DNA of 64,000 bases from Marinomonas sp. GTDB lineage: Bacteria; Pseudomonadota; Gammaproteobacteria; Pseudomonadales; Marinomonadaceae. Under the pieces are notes generated by a model, which saw only the letters and a program-made list of their open reading frames with translations, was not told where the DNA came from and made no database searches. Below are positions 17,623-27,543 of the stretch, one piece after another. The position numbers and the translations under genes were made by a program. Positions within the stretch are counted from its first letter, which is position 1. Each line of letters begins with the position of its first letter. The stretch lies in assembly GCA_039940335.1 (NCBI GenBank), contig JBDVGW010000008.1. One strand, 5' to 3'.

Positions 17623-18681
17623 TTATTGAGCCGAGATTTGTATGCCAGCGGCTTTACCGACGCTCATGTTCCAACGGTTTGTCCATTCTTCCCCTGCACG
17701 ATCTGCCCATTCAGGTAGCACCTTGCTGCTCAGAATATCTTTCGCTTTGGCTACGTCTTGCGCCGCAGGTTCAACCAGCACTAGGTTACGCTTGTCTCCT
17801 CTGCTACAAACGCCATTCCCTGTCAGACAAGCAATATCTTCTTCCAATGCACCTTGTGCCGCCGCCCAAGCAGGCGCCTCAAACTCTTCTGCTACAGAAG
17901 TAGCAATAAGCTCTTGATCAGCACTACTTAAATCATTCCACTTGTCTAAATTGATCGCAGTAACCACAGGATCCCAGCCACCTAACGGCAAAGTCATAAG
18001 ATGAGTAGTGACTTCCCACCAACCTGCACTGTAACCAGAACCTGCACCGGTTACGGCACAATCAATTACCCCACGCTGAAGCGCTCCCGGGACTTCACCA
18101 AAGGCGATATTGACACTTTGCGCATCTAAGGCTTCAAGGAATTTAGCCGTCATGCGGCCTGACGCGCGGATTTTTAAACCCGCTAAATCATCAAGGTTAC
18201 TCACTGGAGCATTACAGAATACAACCTGTGGTGGGTAAGGCACGATGGCCAACACTTTAGCGTTGAAGGTATCTTGATAAATCGATTCAATCATTGGGCG
18301 CGCTGCCTCAACAAGCGTCTTAGCTTCGGCGGCTGTGGTCGCAAGTAATGGCACATCGAGACCTTCCAAGGCTGGGGCATCGGCAACAGCATAATCCGCT
18401 ACTGTCATACCGATGTCGAACACGCCATCCCCTAACATACGGAAAACATCGCCGCCGCCAATCCCCATTTGATCATGGGTGGTCATCGCGACTTCAAACT
18501 CACCATTAGTTTTTGCAGGAATGGTTTGATTCCAAAAGGGCTGCTCAAATTGCTTATGCAGAGGCAAACTACTCCAGCTACCTACCACCGATAGCATTTC
18601 GCTAGCGCTAGCCTGAGTAGACAATGTGGCCGCCAAAACAGAAGTGGCTAGAAAACTTCTCGAATTCATTTTAGTCATCAT
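17623..18681 (-). CDS. dctP: TRAP transporter substrate-binding protein
   Basis: Signal peptide; 'DLAGLKIRASG' with the conserved Arg; 'GEVPGALQRGVID'. Confidence 0.88.
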   Translation of the reverse strand: MMTKMNSRSFLATSVLAATLSTQASASEMLSVVGSWSSLPLHKQFEQPFWNQTIPAKTNGEFEVAMTTHDQMGIGGGDVFRMLGDGVFDIGMTVADYAVADAPALEGLDVPLLATTAAEAKTLVEAARPMIESIYQDTFNAKVLAIVPYPPQVVFCNAPVSNLDDLAGLKIRASGRMTAKFLEALDAQSVNIAFGEVPGALQRGVIDCAVTGAGSGYSAGWWEVTTHLMTLPLGGWDPVVTAINLDKWNDLSSADQELIATSVAEEFEAPAWAAAQGALEEDIACLTGNGVCSRGDKRNLVLVEPAAQDVAKAKDILSSKVLPEWADRAGEEWTNRWNMSVGKAAGIQISAQ

Positions 18682-18817
18682 GTTCTCTTCCTGTAATTTT
18701 CAGTTTGTTTAATGTCTCAACTCTCACCCGATGTCATTATTAGCCCCTATTTTTAAGGCTTGAATTCAGTGTCGAATTTAAACATGATAATGTCAATTCG
18801 TAATATTTTATCAATTG

Positions 18818-18836
18818 TGATCATAATTTTTGATCA
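18818..18836. promoter_or_regulatory. LysR-type operator (T-N11-A dyad)
   Basis: TGATCA-N7-TGATCA perfect dyad in the dctP/LysR divergent region. Confidence 0.6.
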
Positions 18837-18874
18837 TGCTAATTCCTGTTCACATGGTCAAGAGGGCAAATACA

Positions 18875-19756
18875 ATGAATTTTGATCAACTCAAGACCTT
18901 TTTGTGGGTCGCAAAATTAGGCGGTGTTAGACGTGCCGCCAGTCAGATGAACCTCTCTCAACCGGCCATTTCCGCTCGCATCAGTGCGCTGGAAGATGAA
19001 CTTGGAGTAACCCTTTTCGAACGCCAAAAAACCGGTGTCGCCCTCACCAAAGAAGGTCTCCTGCTACGCGCTCACGCTGAAAAAATAGAATCCTACATGG
19101 AACAGCTAAAAGACGAGCTCACCCCAAGTGATGAGGTAAAAGGGGTCATTCGTATCGGTGTGGCAGAAACCATTGCCCAGTCTTGGTTGTCTGATTTTCT
19201 AAGTGCCTTGCGAAAACTCTACCCCAAATTAGTGGTAGAACTTTCCGTGGATATCACGGTGAATTTAAAAGACCAATTGTTATCTCACCATTTGGATTTG
19301 GCTTTTCTAATGGGGCCTTTGGCAGAAGGAAATGTTGAAAATGTGGTACTACCCACCTTTAAATTAGCTTGGTTCTGTAGTGTTAATGAAGACTCACCTC
19401 ACCCCTCTACATCCCCTATCATGTCCTTTTCACGCCTCTCTCGCCCTTACCAAAATCTCATCTCGGAGCTCATGCACAGATACGGTTCCGTGGGTCAAAT
19501 TTTCCCCTCCACATCCTTGTCCACCAGCTTCGAAATGGTGGCGTCGGGCATCGGCATTGGCGCACTCCCGACTCAGTTAGCACAGCGCTTTATCAAAGAT
19601 AAACGCATCAAAACTTTTAGCCCGGGCTGGCGACCAAAAGACTTGCTCTTTACCGCTTCGTACCTTAACGACCCAAGGTCGGAAATTGTCCATAAAAGTG
19701 CCTTGTTGGCCGCAGAAATCGCCCAACAATATGCAAAACAAAAAGATGTTATTTGA
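18875..19756 (+). CDS. LysR-family regulator
   Basis: 'MNFDQLKTF…AASQMNLSQPAISARISALEDELGVTLFER'; start moved to ATG 18875. Confidence 0.92.
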   Translation: MNFDQLKTFLWVAKLGGVRRAASQMNLSQPAISARISALEDELGVTLFERQKTGVALTKEGLLLRAHAEKIESYMEQLKDELTPSDEVKGVIRIGVAETIAQSWLSDFLSALRKLYPKLVVELSVDITVNLKDQLLSHHLDLAFLMGPLAEGNVENVVLPTFKLAWFCSVNEDSPHPSTSPIMSFSRLSRPYQNLISELMHRYGSVGQIFPSTSLSTSFEMVASGIGIGALPTQLAQRFIKDKRIKTFSPGWRPKDLLFTASYLNDPRSEIVHKSALLAAEIAQQYAKQKDVI

Positions 19757-19758
19757 TG

Positions 19759-20163
19759 TCATGCCCCCAGCATAGGCAGATGCTTGCGGTGTTTATAGGT
19801 CAACGCCAACTGAATACAGTGAGCCAGTTCTGGACGTTTAAAATCATAGTCTAGAGGCATCACCAAGGCTCGATTGCCCTCATAAGTAAACGCCTCGCTA
19901 TACAATTCTTGATAGGTTGCCACCAGCTTAGTTTGACAATGCACATAGAGGTAGAGGCGATTACCATGGTCACTCTGCCAGTCAAGTCGGATACTCGTAC
20001 CGGTTTTTACCCCATAGCTTAACTGCCCCCATTTAAGAGATTCTTCAACTGGCCCACACTGATTTTCTTCAGCAACTTGCCGTATCAAGTCCCTAAGCTG
20101 AGACAACTTTTCAGTGACTGATACTGGATAACTGGCCATTTTTTCAGATATTGTGTGCATCAT
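19759..20163 (-). CDS. DUF1801-family protein
   Basis: 'LRDLIRQVA…EESLKWGQLSY…YVHCQTKLV…GNRAL'; likely start ATG 20163 or 20160. Confidence 0.72.
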   Translation of the reverse strand: MMHTISEKMASYPVSVTEKLSQLRDLIRQVAEENQCGPVEESLKWGQLSYGVKTGTSIRLDWQSDHGNRLYLYVHCQTKLVATYQELYSEAFTYEGNRALVMPLDYDFKRPELAHCIQLALTYKHRKHLPMLGA

Positions 20164-20325
20164 TCCATGCTTCCTATGCCTCGCCATTAGTAGTATTCGC
20201 TATAGGTATACGTCATTTGACGTATACCTGAGGGTCATTCAGCGAATACTTTTTTGCGCATCGTTATTCAATACTAGCACTACATTAGCAAATTCACTTT
20301 AGATAACAGATAGGAAGACTCAACC

Positions 20326-21609
20326 ATGAAAGTAAAGACGTTAGTTTCCGCAATTGCTTTATCCGGTGCAACTCTAGTTGCCCTACCATCTTTCGCTGCT
20401 GATACCATTAAAGTTGGGGTACTACACTCCCTATCTGGCACCATGGCGATCTCTGAAACCACGCTAAAAGACACGGTCTTGATGATGGTGGAAGAGCAAA
20501 ACAAAAAAGGTGGATTGTTAGGCAAACAGCTTGAAGCCGTTGTGGTTGACCCTGCATCTAACTGGCCGCTGTTCGCTGAAAAAGGTCGTGAGTTGCTAAC
20601 CCAAGATAAAGTAGATGTTATTTTCGGTAGCTGGACATCGGTTTCTCGTAAATCTGTACTGCCGGTTCTTGAAGAGTTGAACGGCTTGATGTTTTACCCA
20701 GTACAGTATGAAGGTGAAGAGTCTTCTAAAAACGTTTTTTATACTGGCGCTGCGCCAAACCAACAAGCGATTCCTGCTGTTGATTACCTAATGAATGATC
20801 TAGGTGTAGAGCGTTTTGTACTTGCCGGCACTGACTATGTTTACCCACGTACCACCAACAAAATCCTTGAAGCTTACTTAAAAGCGAAAGGTGTGGCGGG
20901 CGAAGATATCATGATCAACTACACACCATTTGGTCATTCAGACTGGCAATCGATTGTTTCTGATGTGAAGAAGTTTGGTAGTGAAGGTAAGAAAACTGCG
21001 GTTGTTTCCACTATTAATGGTGATGCCAACGTACCTTTCTACAAAGAATTGGGTAACCAAGGTATCTCTTCTGAAGATATTCCAGTGGTTGCCTTCTCGG
21101 TTGGTGAAGAAGAACTTTCTGGCTTAGACACCACCCCTCTTGTTGGTCACCTTGCTGCTTGGAACTACTTCCAAAGTGTCGAAAGCGATGCTAACGAGGA
21201 GTTCATCACTCAATGGAAGGCTTACACCAAAAACCCTGATCGTGTAACCAATGACCCAATGGAAGCGACTTACATCGGTTTCAACATGTGGGTAAATGCA
21301 GTGAAAGATGCCGGCACCACTGATGTCGATGCCGTTGAACAAGCCATGATTGGTCAAGAAACGCCTAACCTGACTGGCGGCATCGCCGTGATGAACAAAA
21401 ACCACCATTTGAGCAAACCAGTGCTGATTGGTGAAATCCAAGACGACGGCCAATTTGAAGTCGTTTGGGAAACCGACGGTGTTGTACCAGGTGATGCTTG
21501 GTCTGACTTCTTGCCAGGTTCGAAAGACCTTATCTCTGATTGGACAGCGCCTATTAAGTGCGGTAACTACAATATTAAAACCGAAGCTTGTTCAGGCCAG
21601 AACTACTAA
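20326..21609 (+). CDS. urtA: Urea ABC transporter substrate-binding protein
   Basis: 'IKVGVLHSLSGTMAISE', 'DPASNWPLFAE', 'WTSVSRK', 'YPVQYEG'. Confidence 0.96.
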   Translation: MKVKTLVSAIALSGATLVALPSFAADTIKVGVLHSLSGTMAISETTLKDTVLMMVEEQNKKGGLLGKQLEAVVVDPASNWPLFAEKGRELLTQDKVDVIFGSWTSVSRKSVLPVLEELNGLMFYPVQYEGEESSKNVFYTGAAPNQQAIPAVDYLMNDLGVERFVLAGTDYVYPRTTNKILEAYLKAKGVAGEDIMINYTPFGHSDWQSIVSDVKKFGSEGKKTAVVSTINGDANVPFYKELGNQGISSEDIPVVAFSVGEEELSGLDTTPLVGHLAAWNYFQSVESDANEEFITQWKAYTKNPDRVTNDPMEATYIGFNMWVNAVKDAGTTDVDAVEQAMIGQETPNLTGGIAVMNKNHHLSKPVLIGEIQDDGQFEVVWETDGVVPGDAWSDFLPGSKDLISDWTAPIKCGNYNIKTEACSGQNY

Positions 21610-21661
21610 GTTTTTAGCAAGCTATAACTTGTTAACTTAGCATTTTCCCAGTGTTGACATT

Positions 21662-21696
21662 TCCCCCCTGCTGACGCCTAGCAGGGGGAATTTTTT
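21662..21696 (+). terminator. Hairpin after urtA (partial terminator or mRNA stabiliser)
   Basis: ttccccctgct / agcagggggaa followed by T6. Confidence 0.7.
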
Positions 21697-21820
21697 AAAG
21701 CGAAATTCAAATCAGATTATTAACGAAACTTCTTTTCAGAACCCTTTTTGTGACCTCTTGCTCATCAAGTTTGGCAATTTATGGATAGCAAGTAATGACT
21801 AAAAATCGCCTTTTAAAGAA

Positions 21821-23458
21821 TTGCGTAACCTCTTATTCGCGACATGGAGTATGACCTTGAGACATTTAATGGCACTTTGTTGCTGTCTTTTTGGACTCTT
21901 ATCTTTTTCAGCCCATAGCGCTGATGCAGCCCCGACAGAAACCTTACTGACTGAGCTTGCTGATGCCAAACTGAAAGATATGGCCCCTATTTTAGAACAG
22001 CTAGCAAACAATGAAGGAGAAGCTATCCTGCCGCTTTTCCATACCTTACTAGGGGGTGATCTTTACTATATAAGAAAAGATAAGAGCCTAGTGGAGAAGT
22101 TCGATGATCAAGGTACTACTTTGTATCGAGATGTTTTCAACCAAACTATAGTGCCAAACCTTGGTAAACGAGATGTTAAAAAGATACGCGTAAACAATAC
22201 GTTACGTGGTTATCTACGTAATGCCATCGCGCAAATTCAACTCACGGCTACATCGCCTTTAGTGCGCGAATCCGCGGTGAGAGAGCTGCTGTCTAAACTC
22301 GACGATAAGACGGTTGCCGTACTAGAAACGCTTTACCCAAAAGAGCAAAACGCTAAGGTTAAAGATGCCATGGGATTGGCGTTAGCCATGCACACAGCCA
22401 GTTCAACGCAAGTGAGTGTGTCTCAGCGTTTAACGGCCATTGAGCGATTGTCCACCAGCCTAGAAGGGGATGTCCGTAACGCCTTAACTAAACTGGTCAA
22501 AGACGACAACCCGGATGTAGTAGAAAGCGCGACCTTAGCACTTGAAAAAATTGCCCAACGGGCAGAACGCTTTGCCTTTGTTGACCAATTATTTTTCGGC
22601 TTGAGCCTTGGCTCTGTGCTGCTATTAGCGTCCATTGGCTTGGCAATTACCTTTGGTGTTATGGGTGTGATCAACATGGCCCATGGTGAAATGATCATGC
22701 TTGGGGCTTACACCACTTATGTGGTTCAGCTAATCATGCCCAATTATATCGACCTTTCTATTTGGGTCGCCATTCCTGCCGCTTTTCTCGTCTCTGGTTT
22801 AATGGGGGTATTGATCGAACGTTTGGTGATTCGTCATCTGCACGGCCGCCCTCTAGAAACACTGCTGGCCACCTTTGGTATCAGTTTGATACTACAACAA
22901 CTGGTACGTACTATTTTCTCACCCCTTAACCGTCAGGTGTCTACACCGAGTTGGATGAGTGGTTCATGGGAAATCAACCCAGTGCTGTCACTTACCCTAA
23001 ACCGTTTGTACATTTTAGCCTTCGCGCTTTTGGTCTTTATCGCCTTGGTGATCATCCTTAAGAAAACCTCACTAGGCCTCAACGTTCGTGCCGTCTCGCA
23101 AAACCGTAATATGGCCAAAGCCATGGGTGTCAAAACCCACTGGGTAGACGCCATGACCTTTGGTTTAGGATCAGGCATTGCTGGTATCGCTGGCGTGGCC
23201 CTTAGTCAGCTAACCAATGTGGGACCAAACCTAGGCCAAGCCTACATCATAGATTCCTTTATGGTGGTGGTATTTGGTGGCGTGGGTAACTTATTAGGAA
23301 CATTAGTTGCGGCTTTCTCGCTTGGTATTGCAACGAAATTTTTGGAGCCGACCACTGGCGCCGTGTTGGCCGCCATCATTGTCTTGGTGTTCATTATTCT
23401 CTTTATCCAAAAACGTCCTAAAGGACTCTTTCCACAAAAAGGGAGGGCGGCAGAATGA
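21821..23458 (+). CDS. urtB: Urea ABC transporter permease with long periplasmic N-terminal region (start uncertain)
   Basis: 'GLAITFGVMGVINMAHGEM', 'RPLETLLATFG'. Confidence 0.93.
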   Translation: MRNLLFATWSMTLRHLMALCCCLFGLLSFSAHSADAAPTETLLTELADAKLKDMAPILEQLANNEGEAILPLFHTLLGGDLYYIRKDKSLVEKFDDQGTTLYRDVFNQTIVPNLGKRDVKKIRVNNTLRGYLRNAIAQIQLTATSPLVRESAVRELLSKLDDKTVAVLETLYPKEQNAKVKDAMGLALAMHTASSTQVSVSQRLTAIERLSTSLEGDVRNALTKLVKDDNPDVVESATLALEKIAQRAERFAFVDQLFFGLSLGSVLLLASIGLAITFGVMGVINMAHGEMIMLGAYTTYVVQLIMPNYIDLSIWVAIPAAFLVSGLMGVLIERLVIRHLHGRPLETLLATFGISLILQQLVRTIFSPLNRQVSTPSWMSGSWEINPVLSLTLNRLYILAFALLVFIALVIILKKTSLGLNVRAVSQNRNMAKAMGVKTHWVDAMTFGLGSGIAGIAGVALSQLTNVGPNLGQAYIIDSFMVVVFGGVGNLLGTLVAAFSLGIATKFLEPTTGAVLAAIIVLVFIILFIQKRPKGLFPQKGRAAE

Positions 23459-24588
23459 CACGTCTCACTCAATGGTTTTCAGAAGGCCGCTCGACGGGCA
23501 AACACACACTGCCGTTCGTAGTTATTTTATTGGCGGTCAGCTTATTGGCCAGTGCTGCCAACCTGTTTTTACCCGCTGACTCAGCGCTCTATGTGAGCAC
23601 TTATACTATTACTCTATTGGGTAAGTATCTGTGTTATGCCATGTTGGCTTTAGCGGTGGATATTATTTGGGGCTACTGCGGCATTCTTAGCCTAGGCCAT
23701 GGTGCGTTTTTCGCCCTTGGCGGTTACGCCATGGGCATGTACCTAATGCGTCAAATTGGTGACCGTGGCGTGTACGGCAATCCATTACTACCAGATTTCA
23801 TGGTGTTCTTAGATTGGCAAGAACTGCCTTGGTTCTGGCTAGGCATGGATCAATTTTGGTTTGCCATGATCATGGCAGTTGCAGTTCCAGGTTTGCTGGC
23901 ATTTGTGTTCGGTTGGTTGGCGTTCCGCTCCCGAGTCACAGGCGTGTATTTGTCCATCATGACCCAAGCTCTGACCTATGCCCTATTACTGGCTTTCTTC
24001 CGCAATGAAATGGGCTTTGGTGGTAACAATGGTTTAACCGACTTTAAAGAAATTTTGGGCTTTGACCTGCAAGCAGACAACACCCGTGTCAGCCTATTTA
24101 TGATCACTGCTTTCTTACTGGCGATTATCTTTGTCATTAGCCAACGTATCTTGGCATCCCGTTTTGGTAAAGTGGTATTAGCGATTCGTGATGCCGAAGC
24201 TCGCTCGCGCTTTATCGGCTACCGCACGGACCGCTACAAGGTCTGGCTGTTTGTTTATTCGGCGGTCATCGCAGGTATTGCAGGGGCTCTGTATGTACCT
24301 CAAGTTGGCATTATTAACCCTGGCGAATTCTCCCCGATCAACTCCATAGAGATGGTCATTTGGGTAGCTGTTGGAGGACGTGGCACCTTAATCGGAGCGG
24401 TTATTGGCGCCATCTTGGTGAACTATGCCAAAACACGTTTCACTGCCATTTTACCAGACGCTTGGTTATTCGCATTAGGGGCTATGTTTGTACTAGTGAC
24501 CCTGTACTTACCCAAAGGACTCATGGGCTTATATGAAAAAATGATGGCTAAACGCCGTCCACAAGGCAGAAAGGAGTCGCAAGCATGA
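23455..24588 (+). CDS. urtC: Urea ABC transporter permease
   Basis: 'WGYCGILSLGHG', 'FFRNEMGFGGNNGLTDF'. Confidence 0.94.
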   Translation: MTRLTQWFSEGRSTGKHTLPFVVILLAVSLLASAANLFLPADSALYVSTYTITLLGKYLCYAMLALAVDIIWGYCGILSLGHGAFFALGGYAMGMYLMRQIGDRGVYGNPLLPDFMVFLDWQELPWFWLGMDQFWFAMIMAVAVPGLLAFVFGWLAFRSRVTGVYLSIMTQALTYALLLAFFRNEMGFGGNNGLTDFKEILGFDLQADNTRVSLFMITAFLLAIIFVISQRILASRFGKVVLAIRDAEARSRFIGYRTDRYKVWLFVYSAVIAGIAGALYVPQVGIINPGEFSPINSIEMVIWVAVGGRGTLIGAVIGAILVNYAKTRFTAILPDAWLFALGAMFVLVTLYLPKGLMGLYEKMMAKRRPQGRKESQA

Positions 24589-25451
24589 GCACTCTCAACA
24601 ATACCGTAGAGAATTTTCGCTCCACTTTCCGTCGTGACCAAGTTTGGCCTTTCTTAGTGCCAACACAAAGCGCGGTCAACGTGGACAACCAAATGATCCT
24701 CTACGTTGAAGACTTGAACTTGAGCTTTGATGGCTTCAAAGCCCTAAACAATTTGAATCTATACGTTAACGACGGTGAGCTACGCTGTCTCATTGGCGCC
24801 AACGGTGCTGGTAAAACAACCTTGATGGACGTGATTACCGGTAAAACGCAGTGTGATTCGGGCACCGTTTTCTTCGGGCAAAACCATAACCTGCTCAACA
24901 AAGACGAAGCGGAAATTGCCCAGTTGGGCATAGGTCGTAAGTTTCAAAAACCGACCGTTTTTGAAGAGCAAACCGTATTTGATAATTTAGAATTGTCACT
25001 GAAAACGGATAAAGGGGTATTACCCACGCTGTTTTCTTGCCTAACGCCCACCCAGATTGATCGCATTGACGAGGTGCTGAAAATCATTGGTTTGGCAAAA
25101 CACCGCTTCATGTTGGCCGGGGCTTTATCCCACGGTCAAAAACAGTGGTTAGAAATTGGGATGTTGTTAGCCGCTGACCCTCGCCTATTACTGATCGATG
25201 AACCCGTGGCAGGTATGACAGCCCAAGAAACAGAACGTACCGCTGAGTTACTAACCTCCTTAGCAGGAGAGCGCACAGTGATTGTAGTAGAGCATGACAT
25301 GGAATTTGTACGTAGCATCGCCCGTACCGTCACCGTGTTGCACCAAGGTTCCGTCCTAGCAGAAGGCACTATGGACCAAATCCAAAGCAACAAAGACGTC
25401 ATTGAAGTCTACCTAGGGGAAGAAGCGGCAAGTGAAGGAGCGAAAGCATGA
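24585..25451 (+). CDS. urtD: Urea ABC transporter ATP-binding protein
   Basis: GANGAGKT, 'IGRKFQKP', 'LSHGQKQWLEIGM'. Confidence 0.94.
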   Translation: MSTLNNTVENFRSTFRRDQVWPFLVPTQSAVNVDNQMILYVEDLNLSFDGFKALNNLNLYVNDGELRCLIGANGAGKTTLMDVITGKTQCDSGTVFFGQNHNLLNKDEAEIAQLGIGRKFQKPTVFEEQTVFDNLELSLKTDKGVLPTLFSCLTPTQIDRIDEVLKIIGLAKHRFMLAGALSHGQKQWLEIGMLLAADPRLLLIDEPVAGMTAQETERTAELLTSLAGERTVIVVEHDMEFVRSIARTVTVLHQGSVLAEGTMDQIQSNKDVIEVYLGEEAASEGAKA

Positions 25452-26155
25452 TTTCTATTAATAATGTTGACCAATTGTACGGTGGCACTCAAATTTTATG
25501 GGGCTTGGATTTAGACATTGTACCAGGTTCCATTACCTGCATTATGGGCCGTAACGGGGTGGGTAAAACCACCTTACTAAAAGCCATTATGGGCTTGTTG
25601 CCGATAAAAAGTGGCGACATCACGATGGAAGGCCAAACCCTTAGCAAGCAAAGTGCAGAAAAACGTGCCTACTCTGGCATTGGTTATGTGCCTCAAGGAC
25701 GAGATATTTTCCCTATGCTCACGGTGGAAGAAAACCTGCGTATTGGCTTGCCCGTACGCGGCAAACGCACCAAGGATTCACCAAAAGAGATTCCAGAGAA
25801 AATCTTTGAACTGTTCCCTGTGTTAAAAGATATGCTACACCGCCGTGGTGGTGATTTATCCGGCGGTCAGCAACAGCAATTGGCCATTGGGCGAGCGCTG
25901 GTACTCGAACCGAAAGTGTTGATTCTGGACGAGCCAAATGAAGGGATACAGCCGAATATCGTTAAACAAATTGGCGATGTCATTCTAAAATTAAACGCCG
26001 AAGAAGGGTTAACTGTGATCCTTGTGGAGCAAAAACTGGGCTTTGCTCGCCGTGTCGGCAAAGAGTTCCGTTTAATGGAAAAAGGCCGCATTGTGGCCTC
26101 AGATAAAATGGAAAAGCTCGATGATGACTTGATTAAACAATACTTGGCGGTTTAA
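25448..26155 (+). CDS. urtE: Urea ABC transporter ATP-binding protein
   Basis: GRNGVGKT, 'YVPQGRDIFP', LSGGQQQQ, 'DEPNEGIQP'. Confidence 0.94.
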   Translation: MISINNVDQLYGGTQILWGLDLDIVPGSITCIMGRNGVGKTTLLKAIMGLLPIKSGDITMEGQTLSKQSAEKRAYSGIGYVPQGRDIFPMLTVEENLRIGLPVRGKRTKDSPKEIPEKIFELFPVLKDMLHRRGGDLSGGQQQQLAIGRALVLEPKVLILDEPNEGIQPNIVKQIGDVILKLNAEEGLTVILVEQKLGFARRVGKEFRLMEKGRIVASDKMEKLDDDLIKQYLAV

Positions 26156-26209
26156 TTTAATGGTATTCATGGCAAATTAAACCATTGCGAGGCAGACAGA
26201 GTTCCCCCT

Positions 26210-27163
26210 ATGACAGACCAAAGTAACCTCGCCCTAAGCCCTATCGAGACACTCACAAGTGCCATCGAGACACCCACAAGTGCCACTGACAAGCCGACCA
26301 AAAGTGCTTTAACCGTGCTTTCGCCTTCTCAGTGGCAAGCCTTTTTAACCCTAGGCATTAGCAAAACATCCCGTGGTAGTGTTCTGAAAACTTGTGACCA
26401 CAAGGGCCCTTTATACGTACAAAAAGCCTTTTATCCAGAAGGCAAAGACACCGCCCACATTTATTTATTACACCCACCGGGCGGCTTAGTGTCCGGAGAT
26501 GAGCTCACCATTACGGCAAATCTTGGCTCTGATACTCATGCACTCATCACTACCCCTGGCGCGGGTCGTGTTTACCGTGCCCGAGAAGATAAAACGCTAC
26601 AACACCAGATCACCTGTTTGAACGTCGAGCAAAACGCCATTATGGAATGGCTACCACAAGAAACCATCCTGTACCCTAATGCTCACACCCGCTTAGAAAA
26701 CCGCATTAACCTTGCTGAAGGTGCCAAATTTATTGGTTGGGAAATCACCTGTTTTGGGCTACCCGCCAACCAATTAGATTTTGCCCAAGGCCAAGCTGAG
26801 CAAGGCTTTGAAGTACGCCAGCAAGGTCAATTAAAAGTACGAGAGCGGCTCATCATAGATCAATCCAAACCTTCGATCTTAAACGCTAAAGCGGGCATGA
26901 ATGGTTTACCTATCAATGGACTAATGGTGGCAGGACCTTTTAATGAGCCCGCCTCTTTGGAGCCATTAATCGACGCCTTGCGTGAACTTTGCCAAGACCA
27001 TAATGCCCTATGCGGCGTTACCTTGGTGGAAGAGTATTTACTGGTACGTAGCTTGCACAATGATTCGGAACAGATGAAACAAGTGTTTAGCCAGTGTTGG
27101 CGCTTAATACGCCCACAACTTATTGATAAACAGGCTTGCGAACCCAGAATTTGGGCCACCTAG
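26210..27163 (+). CDS. ureD: Urease accessory protein
   Basis: 'HKGPLYVQKAFYPEG', 'LHPPGGLVSGD', 'TTPGA', C-terminal 'PRIWAT'. Confidence 0.93.
   Translation: MTDQSNLALSPIETLTSAIETPTSATDKPTKSALTVLSPSQWQAFLTLGISKTSRGSVLKTCDHKGPLYVQKAFYPEGKDTAHIYLLHPPGGLVSGDELTITANLGSDTHALITTPGAGRVYRAREDKTLQHQITCLNVEQNAIMEWLPQETILYPNAHTRLENRINLAEGAKFIGWEITCFGLPANQLDFAQGQAEQGFEVRQQGQLKVRERLIIDQSKPSILNAKAGMNGLPINGLMVAGPFNEPASLEPLIDALRELCQDHNALCGVTLVEEYLLVRSLHNDSEQMKQVFSQCWRLIRPQLIDKQACEPRIWAT
26243..26284 (+). repeat. 21-bp tandem duplication in the ureD 5' extension
   Basis: atcgagacactcacaagtgcc / atcgagacacccacaagtgcc (IETLTSA-IETPTSA). Confidence 0.8.
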
Positions 27164-27224
27164 ATAACACCTTAGGTCCTCCAGAATTATCGCCAAAATT
27201 AAGAGAAGTAAAAGGGTACATACT

Positions 27225-27527
27225 ATGGAATTGCTGCCAAGAGAAAAAGATAAACTACTGGTCTTCACGGCTGCCCTACTTGCCGAACGTCGCCTTAACC
27301 GCGGCTTGAAACTTAACTACCCAGAAGCTATGGCGTACATCACCATGGAAATTATAGAAGGCGCACGAGACGGTAAAACCGTTGCAGAGTTAATGAGCTA
27401 TGGCAAAACCTTACTCAGCGCTGAGCAAGTCATGGATGGTGTCGCAGATCTCATCCATGAAGTTCAAGTAGAAGCTACCTTCCCTGACGGAACTAAGCTT
27501 GTCACCGTCCACCATCCTATTAACTGA
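27225..27527 (+). CDS. ureA: Urease gamma subunit
   Basis: '[11 protein letters not shown]…LNYPEA…[14 protein letters not shown]'. Confidence 0.98.
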   Translation: MELLPREKDKLLVFTAALLAERRLNRGLKLNYPEAMAYITMEIIEGARDGKTVAELMSYGKTLLSAEQVMDGVADLIHEVQVEATFPDGTKLVTVHHPIN

Positions 27528-27543
27528 GCCCAAGGAGGCATCC

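Noticed and set aside
20273-20289. Sigma-54-like CTAGCAC-N5-TAGCA upstream of urtA
   Set aside because: The near-invariant GG at -25/-24 reads AG and TTGC reads TAGC; too weak to call
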